From contig JBAYVT010000005.1 in assembly GCA_041674405.1 (NCBI GenBank), forward strand, positions 30,001-62,000: a DNA stretch of 32,000 bases. Direction: 5' to 3'. The notes below the pieces were generated by a model, which saw only the letters and a program-made list of their open reading frames with translations, had not been told where the DNA came from and searched no databases. This document shows positions 1 to 8,501 of the stretch, one piece after another. A program made the position numbers and the translations under genes. This DNA comes from Patescibacteria group bacterium. Its GTDB lineage: Bacteria; Patescibacteriota; UBA1384; XYA2-FULL-43-10. Position 1 is the first letter of the stretch. Each line of letters opens with the position of its first letter.

Positions 1-2391
1 AAAATCAAAACCCCAAAGGGGTCCCTTCGGGATCACAAGTTTGATGATCCGACAGGTGCAGAAAAAACGCTCGAACTTGCCCATGCCTACCAGAGATATT
101 GTGATCTCATGATTCAGGCGGGAAATCTTGATTATGGGGATCAGATTTTCTTAAGCTACAAATTACTCTCGGAAAATAAAAAAGTTCTCGCCGAATGCCA
201 AACAAGATTTAGACATATTCTCGTTGATGAATATCAAGACACAAATCATGCTCAAAATGAGATTATAAAGCTGCTGGCATCCAAGGATAAAAATATTACG
301 GTCGTTGGTGATGACGATCAATCAATTTATCGTTTTCGCGGAGCCTCAATCTCAAACATTTTGGACTTTGCCGAAACTTACAAAAACACCACCCAAGTAG
401 TTCTAAATACAAATTATCGTTCAACTCAAGAAATTTTGGATTCATCATACAAACTCATACAAAACAACAATCCAGATCGCCTGGAAGTTAAGAATAAAAT
501 TAACAAACGTTTAATTTCTAAAACACACGGGGTAAGTCCAGAACTTTTGTTTTGTGATACACTTTCGTGTGAAGCTGATACCTTGGTCAAAAAAATTACT
601 AATCTTAAAGCCCAAGAAGGTTATAAATATAATGATTTTGCTATTTTAGTTCGCGCCAATAATCAAGCAGAGCCATTTATTCAATCTCTGAACATGTCGG
701 GGATTCCCTACATGTTTTCCGGTGCATCCGGGCTGTTTGAGCAGCCAGAGATCAAAATGCTCGTCTCATTTCTGAAATGTCTAGTTTACACTGATGACAA
801 TCTTGCATTTTATCAGCTTGCCACCAGTGAATTATATGGAATCTCACATGACTCAATTGCCGATTTTTACACTTTGGCAAAGAGGGGAAACAGATATTTA
901 AAATCACTCATTAAATCATATATAAGTAAGCCAGCTGAGCTCAATTTTGGCGAATCCGAGAGAGATAAATTAGTAGAATTGATTTACGATATTGACAATT
1001 TTGCCAATCGTAAAAATGATCCTGTGGGCGAAGTTTTATATGAATATTTAACAGAAAAAAAATATCTAAAGAAGCTGAGTAAAAATCCAAGCGTTGAGGA
1101 CGAGCTTAAAATACATAATATTGCCAAATTTTTTGATCGAATCTCCGAATTCAATCATTCATCAAACGAGAGGGGAGTGCTGAAATTTTTGGAAAACCTC
1201 GAATTGATTCTTGAGGTTGGAGACGAGGTCATTTCTTCTGACATTGATCCCGATATTGATGCGGTTAATATTTTAACCGCACATGCCGCTAAAGGATTGG
1301 AGTGGCCAGTGGTTTTCATTGTAAATTGCGTTGCCGACCGATTTCCATCTCGCAACAAGCGCGATCCACTACCGATACCCGAGGATCTTATTCACGAACA
1401 TCTACCGGAAGGCGATTTTCACCTCGAAGAAGAACGAAGGCTGTTTTATGTTGCTGCAACAAGAGCTAAAGAATATCTCTACCTCACAGCCGGCGAGGAT
1501 TATGGCGGCAAAAGAGCAAAAAAATTATCCCAATTTGCACTCGAACTTCTTGATGAACCAAATTCGGGAAAATTAAAAAACAAACTTAAACCGTTGGAAA
1601 AAATTGAACGATTCAAAAAGTTGGAGTTAAATCACGCTAAATTACCCAATAAATTTAAATCTGAAATTATTAAACTTTCTCGTCAGCAAATTGACGACTA
1701 TTACTCTTGTCCAAAGAAATTTTATTATGCCCACATTATTAAAATACCACTTTTGGAAAATCACTATTTAATGTACGGCACAGCGGTTCATGCCGCACTC
1801 GACCATTATTTCAGCCGCAAAATTTCAGGAGAAAACCCGACGCTCTCACAGCTTCTCGAAGATTATAATCAGGCATTCCGCAATGTCGGCTTCATAACTC
1901 GCGAACAGGAAGAACTGCGTAAGAAGCAGGGGATAGAGACGCTTTCCAAATTCTACGATGAAGATCGAGCGGAGAATTTGATCCCGACCGAGGTTGAAAA
2001 GATTTTTGAGTTTTGCGAAAACAATGTCAAAATAAATGGACGCTATGACCTTGTTTATAGAACAGGTGATAATGCCGAAATCCGCGATTTCAAGACCTCG
2101 AGTGTCCTTACACAGAAAGACGCCGATCGCAGAATCAAAGATTCTACCCAGATGATGATTTATGCCTTGGCTTGGTATGAAAAATATAAAACCATCCCAA
2201 AAACAACTCTTCACTTCATCGAATCAGGGCTGAAAGGAGAAATATTCTTCAAAGAAGCGGATCTTACAAAAACCAAGGACATGATTTTTGATGTTGCCGA
2301 CGGAATCCGCAAGAATATCATGAACGCCAAGCCTGATTATAACAACTGCAAAAACTGCCCCTATAAGGATATCTGTCCGGATGCGATTTGA
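1..2391 (+). CDS. UvrD/PcrA-family superfamily 1 helicase with C-terminal PD-(D/E)XK (Cas4/AddB-like, Fe-S) nuclease domain; 5' end lies outside the window
   Basis: Frame is open from base 1 (…KIKTPKGSLRDHK…), upstream of the listed Met at 109. Helicase motifs: LVDEYQDTNHAQ, VVGDDDQSIYRFRGA, LNYRS, LTAHAAKGLEWPVVFIVN, FYVAATRAKEYLYL. C-terminal YYSCPKKFYYAHI, AEIRDFKTS and CKNCPYKDICP cysteines fit a 4Fe-4S nuclease domain. Confidence 0.9.
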   Translation, partial: KIKTPKGSLRDHKFDDPTGAEKTLELAHAYQRYCDLMIQAGNLDYGDQIFLSYKLLSENKKVLAECQTRFRHILVDEYQDTNHAQNEIIKLLASKDKNITVVGDDDQSIYRFRGASISNILDFAETYKNTTQVVLNTNYRSTQEILDSSYKLIQNNNPDRLEVKNKINKRLISKTHGVSPELLFCDTLSCEADTLVKKITNLKAQEGYKYNDFAILVRANNQAEPFIQSLNMSGIPYMFSGASGLFEQPEIKMLVSFLKCLVYTDDNLAFYQLATSELYGISHDSIADFYTLAKRGNRYLKSLIKSYISKPAELNFGESERDKLVELIYDIDNFANRKNDPVGEVLYEYLTEKKYLKKLSKNPSVEDELKIHNIAKFFDRISEFNHSSNERGVLKFLENLELILEVGDEVISSDIDPDIDAVNILTAHAAKGLEWPVVFIVNCVADRFPSRNKRDPLPIPEDLIHEHLPEGDFHLEEERRLFYVAATRAKEYLYLTAGEDYGGKRAKKLSQFALELLDEPNSGKLKNKLKPLEKIERFKKLELNHAKLPNKFKSEIIKLSRQQIDDYYSCPKKFYYAHIIKIPLLENHYLMYGTAVHAALDHYFSRKISGENPTLSQLLEDYNQAFRNVGFITREQEELRKKQGIETLSKFYDEDRAENLIPTEVEKIFEFCENNVKINGRYDLVYRTGDNAEIRDFKTSSVLTQKDADRRIKDSTQMMIYALAWYEKYKTIPKTTLHFIESGLKGEIFFKEADLTKTKDMIFDVADGIRKNIMNAKPDYNNCKNCPYKDICPDAI

Positions 2392-2452
2392 CTTTAAATA
2401 CTTTATGGACTTGACGAACTTCATAGACTTTTGACTATTATGTGTTTGGTAT

Positions 2453-2480
2453 TTGTTCGGGATTATTTATCTGATATAAT
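2453..2480 (+). promoter_or_regulatory. Putative promoter for rmuC: TTGTTC - 16 nt - TATAAT
   Basis: -35-like TTGTTC at 2453-2458 and perfect -10 TATAAT at 2475-2480, 33 nt upstream of the ATG. Confidence 0.45.
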
Positions 2481-2512
2481 TACTTTGTTTGTAATTAAAT
2501 TCCGAAGGAAAT

Positions 2513-3658
2513 ATGACCAACACAATCTTAATAATCATAGCCGTATTTCTTGCCGCAATAATTGGTACCGTTATTGCTAATGTTTTGATTAGAAAACGCA
2601 ATTCTATACACGATTCAAGCCTTGACGATAGAATATCCAGGCTGGCAAATGAAGCACTCGACATGAATTCCAAAAGGCTTATCGAATTATCAAAAGAAAT
2701 GCTCAATGCTGAAAAAAATGAGATCAAAACCGACCTTGAGGGCAAAAAATCGGCCATTTCAAGCCTAATCGATGAAATTCGCAAAGATATCCGCAAGAAC
2801 GAAGAACGGATTACAAAAAGCGATGATGAACGTTTAAGATCATTTTCCGCACTGCAGAACGAGCTTAAGTCTTATAAAGAAATTACTGGAGACCTGAAGC
2901 TTTCAACCGACAAACTAAAGGAGCTCCTATCCAACAACCAGATGAGGGGAGCTTTCGGCGAACAAGTTGCCGAAGATCTCTTAAAGATGGCTGGGTTTGT
3001 GATTGGGCAAAGCTATACTCGCAATGAAACACAAAAAACGGAATCTACCCGGCCGGATTTTACGATATTATTGCCTGATAAAACAAAAATTAATATCGAT
3101 GCCAAGTTTCCGTATAATTCACTTGTTAAATACGTTGAGGCGCAGTCCAAAACCGAGAAAGAACGCTTTATGCGGGATTTCAAACAGGATGTCAAAAATA
3201 AAATTAAACAAGTATGCACGCGTGACTACATCAACCCCGCAGAAAAAACAGTTGATTTTGTCATTCTTTTTATTCCCAACGAAATGATATTTTCATTAAT
3301 ATATGACAAGATGAACGATGTTTGGGAAGAGGCAATGAGGAAAAAGGTCGTGCTAGCCGGGCCATTCAGCTTTACGGCAATTTTGCGTATGGTGAAGCAA
3401 GCATATCAAAATTTTCAATATCAAGAGAATCTGCAACATATTATCGGTTTAATTCAACAATTCGACAGCGAATATCAAAAATATTCGGCTGCCGTGGATA
3501 CACTGGGCGATCGCATATCTTCGACCTCAAGGCAATTTGATTTAGTAGCAAATACACGGGATAAAAAATTATCAAGCGTAGTCGATAAAATTAAAAGCCA
3601 TAATATCATCGAGGCAGGGGATACAGATATTAAGAAAATAGCTTCCGATGAAGAATAA
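2513..3658 (+). CDS. rmuC: DNA recombination protein RmuC
   Basis: N-terminal TM, coiled coil, then MRGAFGEQVAEDLLKMAGF, RPDFTILLPDKTKINIDAKFPYNSL and FVILFIPNEMIFSLIYD, typical of RmuC; SD AAGGA upstream. Confidence 0.92.
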   Translation: MTNTILIIIAVFLAAIIGTVIANVLIRKRNSIHDSSLDDRISRLANEALDMNSKRLIELSKEMLNAEKNEIKTDLEGKKSAISSLIDEIRKDIRKNEERITKSDDERLRSFSALQNELKSYKEITGDLKLSTDKLKELLSNNQMRGAFGEQVAEDLLKMAGFVIGQSYTRNETQKTESTRPDFTILLPDKTKINIDAKFPYNSLVKYVEAQSKTEKERFMRDFKQDVKNKIKQVCTRDYINPAEKTVDFVILFIPNEMIFSLIYDKMNDVWEEAMRKKVVLAGPFSFTAILRMVKQAYQNFQYQENLQHIIGLIQQFDSEYQKYSAAVDTLGDRISSTSRQFDLVANTRDKKLSSVVDKIKSHNIIEAGDTDIKKIASDEE

Positions 3659-4610
3659 AGTTTTTATCAATTTTGATAATTCTCATAGCAAAAGGGCTGA
3701 TGCTTTTCTTGCTGACAAGTACCCGGAATACTCACGGGCTTATTTTCAGAATCTTATTACATCGGGAAAAGTATTTGTCAATGGTGAACAAATTAAACCA
3801 AGCCACAAACTGATTTCTAGCGATCTAATAGAAATCGATTTTATTGAATCCAGTGCTGAATATGACCTAAAACCGGCTGATATTAAGCTCGACATTTTAT
3901 TTGAGAATGATGACGTGATCGTGATAAATAAACAGCCCGGCCTCGTGGTCCATCCTGCCGCCGGAAATAAAGAAGGAACTCTGGTTAATGCGCTTATTTA
4001 TCATTTTCCTATGATCAAAAAGGCTGTATATGACAAGAATTCTGAAGTTTCGAAGATACGCCCAGGGCTCGTTCATCGGCTAGACAAGGACACTTCGGGA
4101 GTTTTGATTGTTGCAAAAAATACGAAAGCAATGCATTCGCTTTCACGGCAAATCCAAAACAGAAATGTTGTAAAGAAGTACTGGGCACTATGTTTTGGTT
4201 GGCCGAAAAACGAAAAAGGAGTGCTCATAAATTATCTCGGGCGACACCCCAAAAACAGAAAGCTCATTGCTGATGTAGGGGAGACCAAAGGCAAACAAGC
4301 CATATCTAATTTTTGTCTGATACATTCTTATAGGCACCTAAAGGAACAAATCTCTCTGATTGAATTTGATATCAAAACTGGCCGAACCCACCAAATCCGG
4401 GTGCAAGCGAAGGAAATGGGTAACCCCGTGATGGGAGACGCAGTCTATGGAAACAAAAGTAGTATTACTTTATCACACGAATTAAATATTCAACGCCAAA
4501 TGCTCCATGCAAAAGAGCTTTCAATTACATTGCCCGGTGATGCTAAGGCCAGGACCTTCTCCGCTCCAATTCCAGACGACTTCCAGTCTGTAATTGATAA
4601 ATTGAGCTAA
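3648..4610 (+). CDS. rluD: RluD-type 23S rRNA pseudouridine synthase with S4 domain
   Basis: N-terminal S4-like domain (RADAFLADKYPEYSRAYFQNLITSGKVFVNG), catalytic RPGLVHRLDKDTSG, IDIKTGRTHQIRVQAKEMGNPVMGDAVYG. Overlaps rmuC by 11 nt. Confidence 0.9.
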   Translation: MKNKVFINFDNSHSKRADAFLADKYPEYSRAYFQNLITSGKVFVNGEQIKPSHKLISSDLIEIDFIESSAEYDLKPADIKLDILFENDDVIVINKQPGLVVHPAAGNKEGTLVNALIYHFPMIKKAVYDKNSEVSKIRPGLVHRLDKDTSGVLIVAKNTKAMHSLSRQIQNRNVVKKYWALCFGWPKNEKGVLINYLGRHPKNRKLIADVGETKGKQAISNFCLIHSYRHLKEQISLIEFDIKTGRTHQIRVQAKEMGNPVMGDAVYGNKSSITLSHELNIQRQMLHAKELSITLPGDAKARTFSAPIPDDFQSVIDKLS

Positions 4611-4633
4611 TATCATATTTTTTCATACTCTAT

Positions 4634-4662
4634 TTGACCGCCAAAAAGGTATATGCTATCCT
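4634..4662 (+). promoter_or_regulatory. Putative promoter: TTGACC - 17 nt - TATCCT
   Basis: TTGACC at 4634-4639, 17-nt spacer, TATCCT at 4657-4662, upstream of the ATG at 4692. Confidence 0.4.
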
Positions 4663-4691
4663 TTTGTTATCTAATCAAGAAAGGATTTTTT

Positions 4692-5324
4692 ATGAATCGA
4701 GAAAGAATTACGATCTCAATAAAAGAAGATATTCTTAAAGCGATTGATAAGAGAATTGATGGCGTCAGGCTTCGAAACCGATCTCATGCAATCGAATCCC
4801 TAATCTCAGATATTTTGGGCCTTGATACAATATCGGATGCAATTATTTTGGCCGGTGGAGATAAACCGGAAAAATCACTGCCTGCAATAAAAGATTCATT
4901 ACTGCGATTGAAAAAAATTGGGCTCAAAGATGTAATTATTGCAATTGGGTATCAAGGAGAAAAAGTAAAAGCCGAACTAAAAGATGGCAAGGATTTCGGT
5001 CTGAAATTAACATATCTTGATAAAGGTGAAGGTACCGGTGGAGCTATTTTGCCCCTAAAGCCTGCTATAAAAAAGAATTTTATTGTTATTAACCTAAAAA
5101 ATAAAATGGAGCTAGATTACAAGATGTTCCTTGATTTCCACAAAGCCGGAAATTCATCGGTAACCATCGCCACAAATGACATCAAATCTTTTGAGGGGGT
5201 TTATCTTCTCGAACCCGAAATATTTTCATATATTCCAAAGGGATTTTCCATGCTCGAAGAAGATATTTTCCCTAAGATTTTAAGGGAAGGTAAACTTTCT
5301 ATTTATCCAGTGATAGGAAACTAG
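4692..5324 (+). CDS. Ribbon-helix-helix-like domain fused to a degenerate nucleotidyltransferase (NTP_transferase-like) domain
   Basis: Start moved from 4653 to the ATG at 4692, preceded by AAAGG. N-term RERITISIKEDILKAIDKRIDGVRLRNRSHAIESLISDILG resembles RHH; then AIILAGGDKPEKSLPAIKDSLLRLKKIGLKDVIIAIGYQGEKVKAEL…GEGTGGAILPLKPAI resembles sugar-nucleotide transferases. Confidence 0.75.
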   Translation: MNRERITISIKEDILKAIDKRIDGVRLRNRSHAIESLISDILGLDTISDAIILAGGDKPEKSLPAIKDSLLRLKKIGLKDVIIAIGYQGEKVKAELKDGKDFGLKLTYLDKGEGTGGAILPLKPAIKKNFIVINLKNKMELDYKMFLDFHKAGNSSVTIATNDIKSFEGVYLLEPEIFSYIPKGFSMLEEDIFPKILREGKLSIYPVIGN

Positions 5325-5373
5325 TACTTCAAACTAGTTATTGATTCAATTTTAGCAATAAGGTAAAATATTT

Positions 5374-6672
5374 TTGATGAGAAAAAATCTTTGGATTATC
5401 TTCGGGTTTATTATCGCATTAACTGCTCTGGCAGTTTTTATTGATATTCCAAAAAGCGCACTTTCGGGTGAAAAAGTTAAAGCTCTCCTTGGCTTGGATT
5501 TGCAAGGCGGCACGGAGCTAATTTATCAGGCTGACCTATCACAATCTACAAACAAGACTACCGACCTTACGAATTTAAAAAATGTCTTTCGCAATCGAAT
5601 TGACCGCCTCGGAGTAGGAGAGCCCACAATTCAGACCACCGGAACCGACCGGATTCTTATTGAACTTCCAGGAATAAGAAATATTGACGAAGCCGTCCAA
5701 AAAATCGGCGAGACTTACGAATTGGTGTTTATGACCCAGTCAACTGCTGAAGAAGGAGGCCTTCAACTCCAAGCTTATTCCGAAGACTATACTTATCCCG
5801 GATATTGGAAAGCTACCGATTTAACCGGCCGTAATCTTATTGCCTCTAAGACGGATGCTACTTTTCAAAATTCTCAAAGCTCTGTTCAGTCCGAGCCGGT
5901 TGTGTCATTAACATTTGATAGTGCGGGCAAAGAAAAATTTGCCAAACTAACAAAAGAGAATTTAAATAAGCAAATTGCTATAGTCCTAGACAATCGTATA
6001 ATTTCTGCCCCAAATGTCCAAGTAGAAATTACCGACGGACAGGCAATAATTACCGGCCAAAAAGACATCAAGGAAGCACAGGAGCTTGCTAGCCGATTAA
6101 AAGAAGGTTCACTCCCAATCTCTGCTCAACTCGTCGCCCAGAAAAACATTGGTGCATCCCTAGGGGAAGGCAGCTTGAAAAAAAGCATTGTTGCCGCAAT
6201 AATCGGTTTTTTGGTTCTGACACTCTTTATGTTAATTTATTACAAATTTCCCGGACTTTTGGCAATTGTCGCCTTGGCAATTTATGCCACCCTGTCGATG
6301 GCCTTGTTTAAAATTATTCCGGTAACATTGAGCCTTGCGGGTATTGCCGGTTTTATTCTTTCAGTCGGTATGGCTGTTGATGCCAACATTTTGATTTTTG
6401 AAAGGATGAAGGAGGAACTAAAATCAGGTAAAGACAACAATCTGGCGATTCGCGACGGCTTTGTCCGCGCCTGGTCTTCGATCAGAGACTCAAACTTTTC
6501 TTCAATCATCACTTGTATTATCCTTTATGTATTTGGTTCCGGCTCGGTTCGCGGCTTTGCGCTCACTCTTTTAATTGGCGTTATTGTCAGCATGTTTACC
6601 GCTGTTACCGTCACTAGAACATTTATGCTTTTAATTTCACAAACGAACGCAAGAAGGTGGCTAAATGTTTAA
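5374..6672 (+). CDS. secD: Protein translocase subunit SecD
   Basis: GLDLQGGTELIYQ, NRIDRLGVGEPTIQTTGTDRILIELPG, SVGMAVDANILIFERMKEEL; multiple TM segments. Confidence 0.95.
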   Translation: MMRKNLWIIFGFIIALTALAVFIDIPKSALSGEKVKALLGLDLQGGTELIYQADLSQSTNKTTDLTNLKNVFRNRIDRLGVGEPTIQTTGTDRILIELPGIRNIDEAVQKIGETYELVFMTQSTAEEGGLQLQAYSEDYTYPGYWKATDLTGRNLIASKTDATFQNSQSSVQSEPVVSLTFDSAGKEKFAKLTKENLNKQIAIVLDNRIISAPNVQVEITDGQAIITGQKDIKEAQELASRLKEGSLPISAQLVAQKNIGASLGEGSLKKSIVAAIIGFLVLTLFMLIYYKFPGLLAIVALAIYATLSMALFKIIPVTLSLAGIAGFILSVGMAVDANILIFERMKEELKSGKDNNLAIRDGFVRAWSSIRDSNFSSIITCIILYVFGSGSVRGFALTLLIGVIVSMFTAVTVTRTFMLLISQTNARRWLNV

Positions 6673-7558
6673 AATTATTAGAGATAGAAAACTTTGGTAT
6701 ATAATTTCCGGGCTGATGATTGTTTTAGCCATCATTTTTTTGTTTGTTTTTAAACTGCGTGTCGGCATTGATTTTACCGGTGGTTCGATTGCAGTATTCA
6801 AAACAAACGACCCGTCAGCGGAAAATTTGATCGCCGAGGAATACAAAGCTGCTGGAATTGATTCCCCACAAATTGCAAAAAGCGGAGATAATGAAATTAC
6901 TGTCAAGGCGCCAGCAATGGAGCAGGGGACAGAATCAAACATTTTGTCTAAATTACAAACGAAAATTTCTGACATTCAAGAGACTAGCTTCGATACTATT
7001 GGACCAACAATTGGCCGAGATCTAACAAACAAGGCGGTCCTGGCAGTTATTTTTGCCTCTTTGGGTATCATTTTCTACATCGCTTACGCCTTCAGAAGAT
7101 TGCCAAAGCCACTAAGCCCCTGGAAGTTCGGCGTTCTCGCTGTTTTGGCAATTATTCATGACCTTTTAATTACCGTCGGAATTTTTGCTTTGATAGGACA
7201 CTTTTTTACATGGATGCAGGTCGACTCGTTGTTTATTACTGCCCTCCTTACAGTGATGGGCTTTTCTGTTCATGACACTATTGTTATCTATGACAGATTG
7301 CGAGAGAATTTTATTAAAAATCCACACGAATCTTTTGGTTTAATTGCCGAGAAATCTGTTAATCAAACTCTGGCGCGGTCGATCAATACTTCACTCACAG
7401 CAATCCTGGTCCTTCTGGCACTATTTTTGCTTGGGGCCGAATCAGTCCGCCATTTGGTGCTTACGCTCTTGATCGGAATGTTCATTGGAACATATTCCTC
7501 GATTTTCGTTGCCGCCCCACTTGCAGTTTCGTGGCACAAAGTTAACCAAGAAAGTTAA
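6665..7558 (+). CDS. secF: Protein translocase subunit SecF
   Basis: GIDFTGGSIAVFKT, VMGFSVHDTIVIYDRLRENF, SINTSLTAILVLLALFLLG; overlaps secD by 8 nt. Confidence 0.95.
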   Translation: MFKIIRDRKLWYIISGLMIVLAIIFLFVFKLRVGIDFTGGSIAVFKTNDPSAENLIAEEYKAAGIDSPQIAKSGDNEITVKAPAMEQGTESNILSKLQTKISDIQETSFDTIGPTIGRDLTNKAVLAVIFASLGIIFYIAYAFRRLPKPLSPWKFGVLAVLAIIHDLLITVGIFALIGHFFTWMQVDSLFITALLTVMGFSVHDTIVIYDRLRENFIKNPHESFGLIAEKSVNQTLARSINTSLTAILVLLALFLLGAESVRHLVLTLLIGMFIGTYSSIFVAAPLAVSWHKVNQES

Positions 7559-7647
7559 TCTCAGTATCCCAAAATAGGGGAGTGGTGAAGAAAATCGAGC
7601 AAAATATATTATTATTTATTTTTCGTAAGTTTTTGCACCTGCCGATG

Positions 7648-7671
7648 AAATATATTAGGAAATATATTAGG
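7648..7671 (+). repeat. Two perfect tandem copies of AAATATATTAGG (12 bp)
   Basis: Read directly: aaatatattagg aaatatattagg, followed by AT-rich near-palindromic sequence upstream of the sbp-like gene. Confidence 0.8.
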
Positions 7672-7703
7672 AAAAATATTTTGTAAAATATTTGCGGAGA
7701 AAA

Positions 7704-8063
7704 ATGTACTTAATAATTCTTGGTTTAATTCTTGGTCTCGTATTCGGAGCATTCCTCAAAATTGATATTCCGACCGAATATGCCAGATATACTGCTGTAG
7801 CAATTCTCGGAATGCTTGATTCTGTTTTCGGTGCTATTCGCGCTCAGGTGGAAGGAAAATACGATACAATTATTTTTATTACTGGCCTTGCTTTCAATAT
7901 GGCTATGGCTGTCCTTATTACATACTTCGGTGACAAGCTCAATCTTGATCTCTACCTGGCAATACTTATTGCCTTTACGATTCGCATTTTCCTAAACCTT
8001 GGCATTATTAGAACTACCACAATAGACCATTGGCGCGCAAGCAAGCGAAACAAGAGCGAATAA
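7704..8063 (+). CDS. Small basic membrane protein, Sbp/DUF1290-like
   Basis: MYLIILGLILGLVFGAFLKIDIPTEYARYTAVAILGMLDSVFGAIRAQVEGKYD… matches my recollection of the Bacillus Sbp pattern (IPxEY…ALDxxxGxxRAxxxGxYD). ATG at 7704 preferred over the TTG at 7692. Confidence 0.75.
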   Translation: MYLIILGLILGLVFGAFLKIDIPTEYARYTAVAILGMLDSVFGAIRAQVEGKYDTIIFITGLAFNMAMAVLITYFGDKLNLDLYLAILIAFTIRIFLNLGIIRTTTIDHWRASKRNKSE

Positions 8064-8182
8064 GGTATAATTTACCATCATTAATCTATTAATTCATCCT
8101 GGGGCATTCTAGGGGTTTTTGATCGTATTTTGTGCTTTTTTTGAGGCATGAATAGGGTAGATTTGAAGCTAAAAAGTATATT

Positions 8183-8210
8183 ACGACGCATTATGTATGT
8201 TATGCGTCGT
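8183..8210. other. Perfect 9-bp inverted repeat ACGACGCAT-N10-ATGCGTCGT
   Basis: 8183-8191 and 8202-8210; followed by TTTATT on the plus strand, 120 nt after the sbp-like stop codon. Confidence 0.6.
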
Positions 8211-8424
8211 TTATTGAAATTTAATCCAATCCGTTTAAGTGCACCGCGAATTTCAATAATTAAAAATATTTCATAAAAACTACAAAAAAAACTTGAAAAA
8301 ATTCAGCAATCTATTTTCCCTTTTATATTTCAATTTTCTTTTTCCGGAAGGAAAACATTTCGGTCAAGAATAAATAAAAAAATATCCGTCGATTTTGAGC
8401 ACTCCCCCGCCATTACCTAAAAAA

Positions 8425-8450
8425 TTAAAAAACGCCATTTTTCAGGCGCT
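8425..8450 (-). terminator. Short hairpin plus T-run, candidate terminator for the ATPase gene ending at 8502
   Basis: Minus strand: AGCGCC TGAAAAAT GGCG TTTTTTAATTTTTT. Confidence 0.5.
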
Positions 8451-8501
8451 ACCACTTTGGGCTATTCAAAGAACTAAGGACTACAAACTACAAACTGAGA
8501 A

